From Octopus bimaculoides (taxonomy: Eukaryota): 64,000 bases of DNA. Positions 63,001-64,000 of this stretch are shown here, in pieces. The stretch is from the NCBI RefSeq assembly GCF_001194135.2, contig NC_068984.1, forward strand, positions 132,600,515 through 132,664,514, given 5' to 3'. The first letter of the stretch is position 1, and each line of letters opens with the position of its first letter. The translations under genes and the position numbers were made by a program. The notes beneath the pieces are model-generated. The model was not told the origin of the DNA. It saw nothing but the letters and a program-made list of their open reading frames with translations, and did no database searches.

Positions 63001-64000
63001 GTTTGTGCATGCAAGCATGTATTATATTTTCCACTATTATATTGGAATAAAGTGTGTGTGTGTGTGTGAATTTGTCATATGTAAAGTAAACAGGATTACA
63101 TGTAACCTTGTTTACTTTTATATATGACAAACATATATCAGATTACATGTTACTTCTAACACAAGTACTTTCAAATTTCCACATCCCAAAATAAACAATT
63201 TATAAAGAGAAAACATTGTTCTCTTTACACAAAATTCACCAGTTTTTCAAGATTATACATGAAACATTTGTTAACATAACAAACTGCCTCTGAAAGTATA
63301 GTTACAAATGAATATTTATAATCATGTGGTAAATACTTTTCAAAATGTATTAGCAGTATATAATTTGGGATTATATCTCACTTTTAGGATTGGTAAAATT
63401 TATAAATCAAAATATTGCACGCTGTGAAATTTGTGAGATGTGGCATTTCATACAAGCTTTACTTTTGAAGAAAATTGCAAAATTCTTTTTTTCTTCTAGC
63501 ATAAAAACTTACATTAACTTACAAATTTTATCAAATTTCTTCAAATTCTAGTTGTTGCTATTGAATCCAAGATCAGACTAGACTCACTAGACATATGGCC
63601 AAAAGAGTTCCAGCTGTCCATATTGTCATTTTCACAGGGATATTGTATATCTAGGTCTACATTATCCAATATCTTCCTTATTTTTAATGTAGTAGGTGGT
63701 CACTTTGGCCAAAATTTGGATGTTATTTCTAGCAGACCAAATAACCATATATGAGTTACTAACAGGTTTCTAGGAATCCAGTTTTTTTTCTTTGCTATTA
63801 TGATGTTATTTCATATCATGATCTTTTTTTTTTTTTGTGTTTTTATAATACTGACTATGCTTTCAGAGAAGCCACAAGTTCTGTAATGTATTTTGTGTTG
63901 CTAATATATGCATAAATAATTTATGTGAGGGCTACTGCCGGAAAGCCCACCACCACCATCACCACTATATATATATATATATCATCATCATCATCATCAT

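Noticed and set aside
1-64000. CRISPR arrays, rRNA genes, operons or prokaryotic contamination
   Set aside because: No regularly spaced repeat-spacer units, no rRNA-like sequence and no dense intronless coding; the window is consistently eukaryotic

Overview
AT-rich, intron-rich animal genomic DNA with six assembly gaps. The repeat landscape (RTE-type (CAT)n tails, tRNA-derived SINEs, (TA)n/(CA)n arrays) is typical of an octopus genome; the organism is inferred, not shown. Three complete spliced genes were rebuilt by hand, all with GT-AG junctions and consistent exon phases: folliculin FLCN (minus strand, 9 coding exons, 15898->6004, 536 aa), a CP110/CCP110-like centriolar protein (plus, 14 exons, 26579->45555, about 1184 aa) and LRRC20 (minus, 4 exons, 57109->50627, 173 aa). 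The remainder is mostly TE debris: several SINE families, RTE and CR1 LINE ends, mariner remnants, several MITE types and Helitron derivatives. The most unusual structure is a head-to-head inverted pair of a chimeric element (tRNA-like head plus Penelope-like tail) in FLCN intron 3. Its FLCN-sense copy contains a minimal hammerhead-ribozyme motif of the dimer-dependent type. A second notable observation is a copy of the CP110 core-promoter architecture at 19243-19304 with no recognised gene behind it. Most ORFs in the supplied track are spurious.
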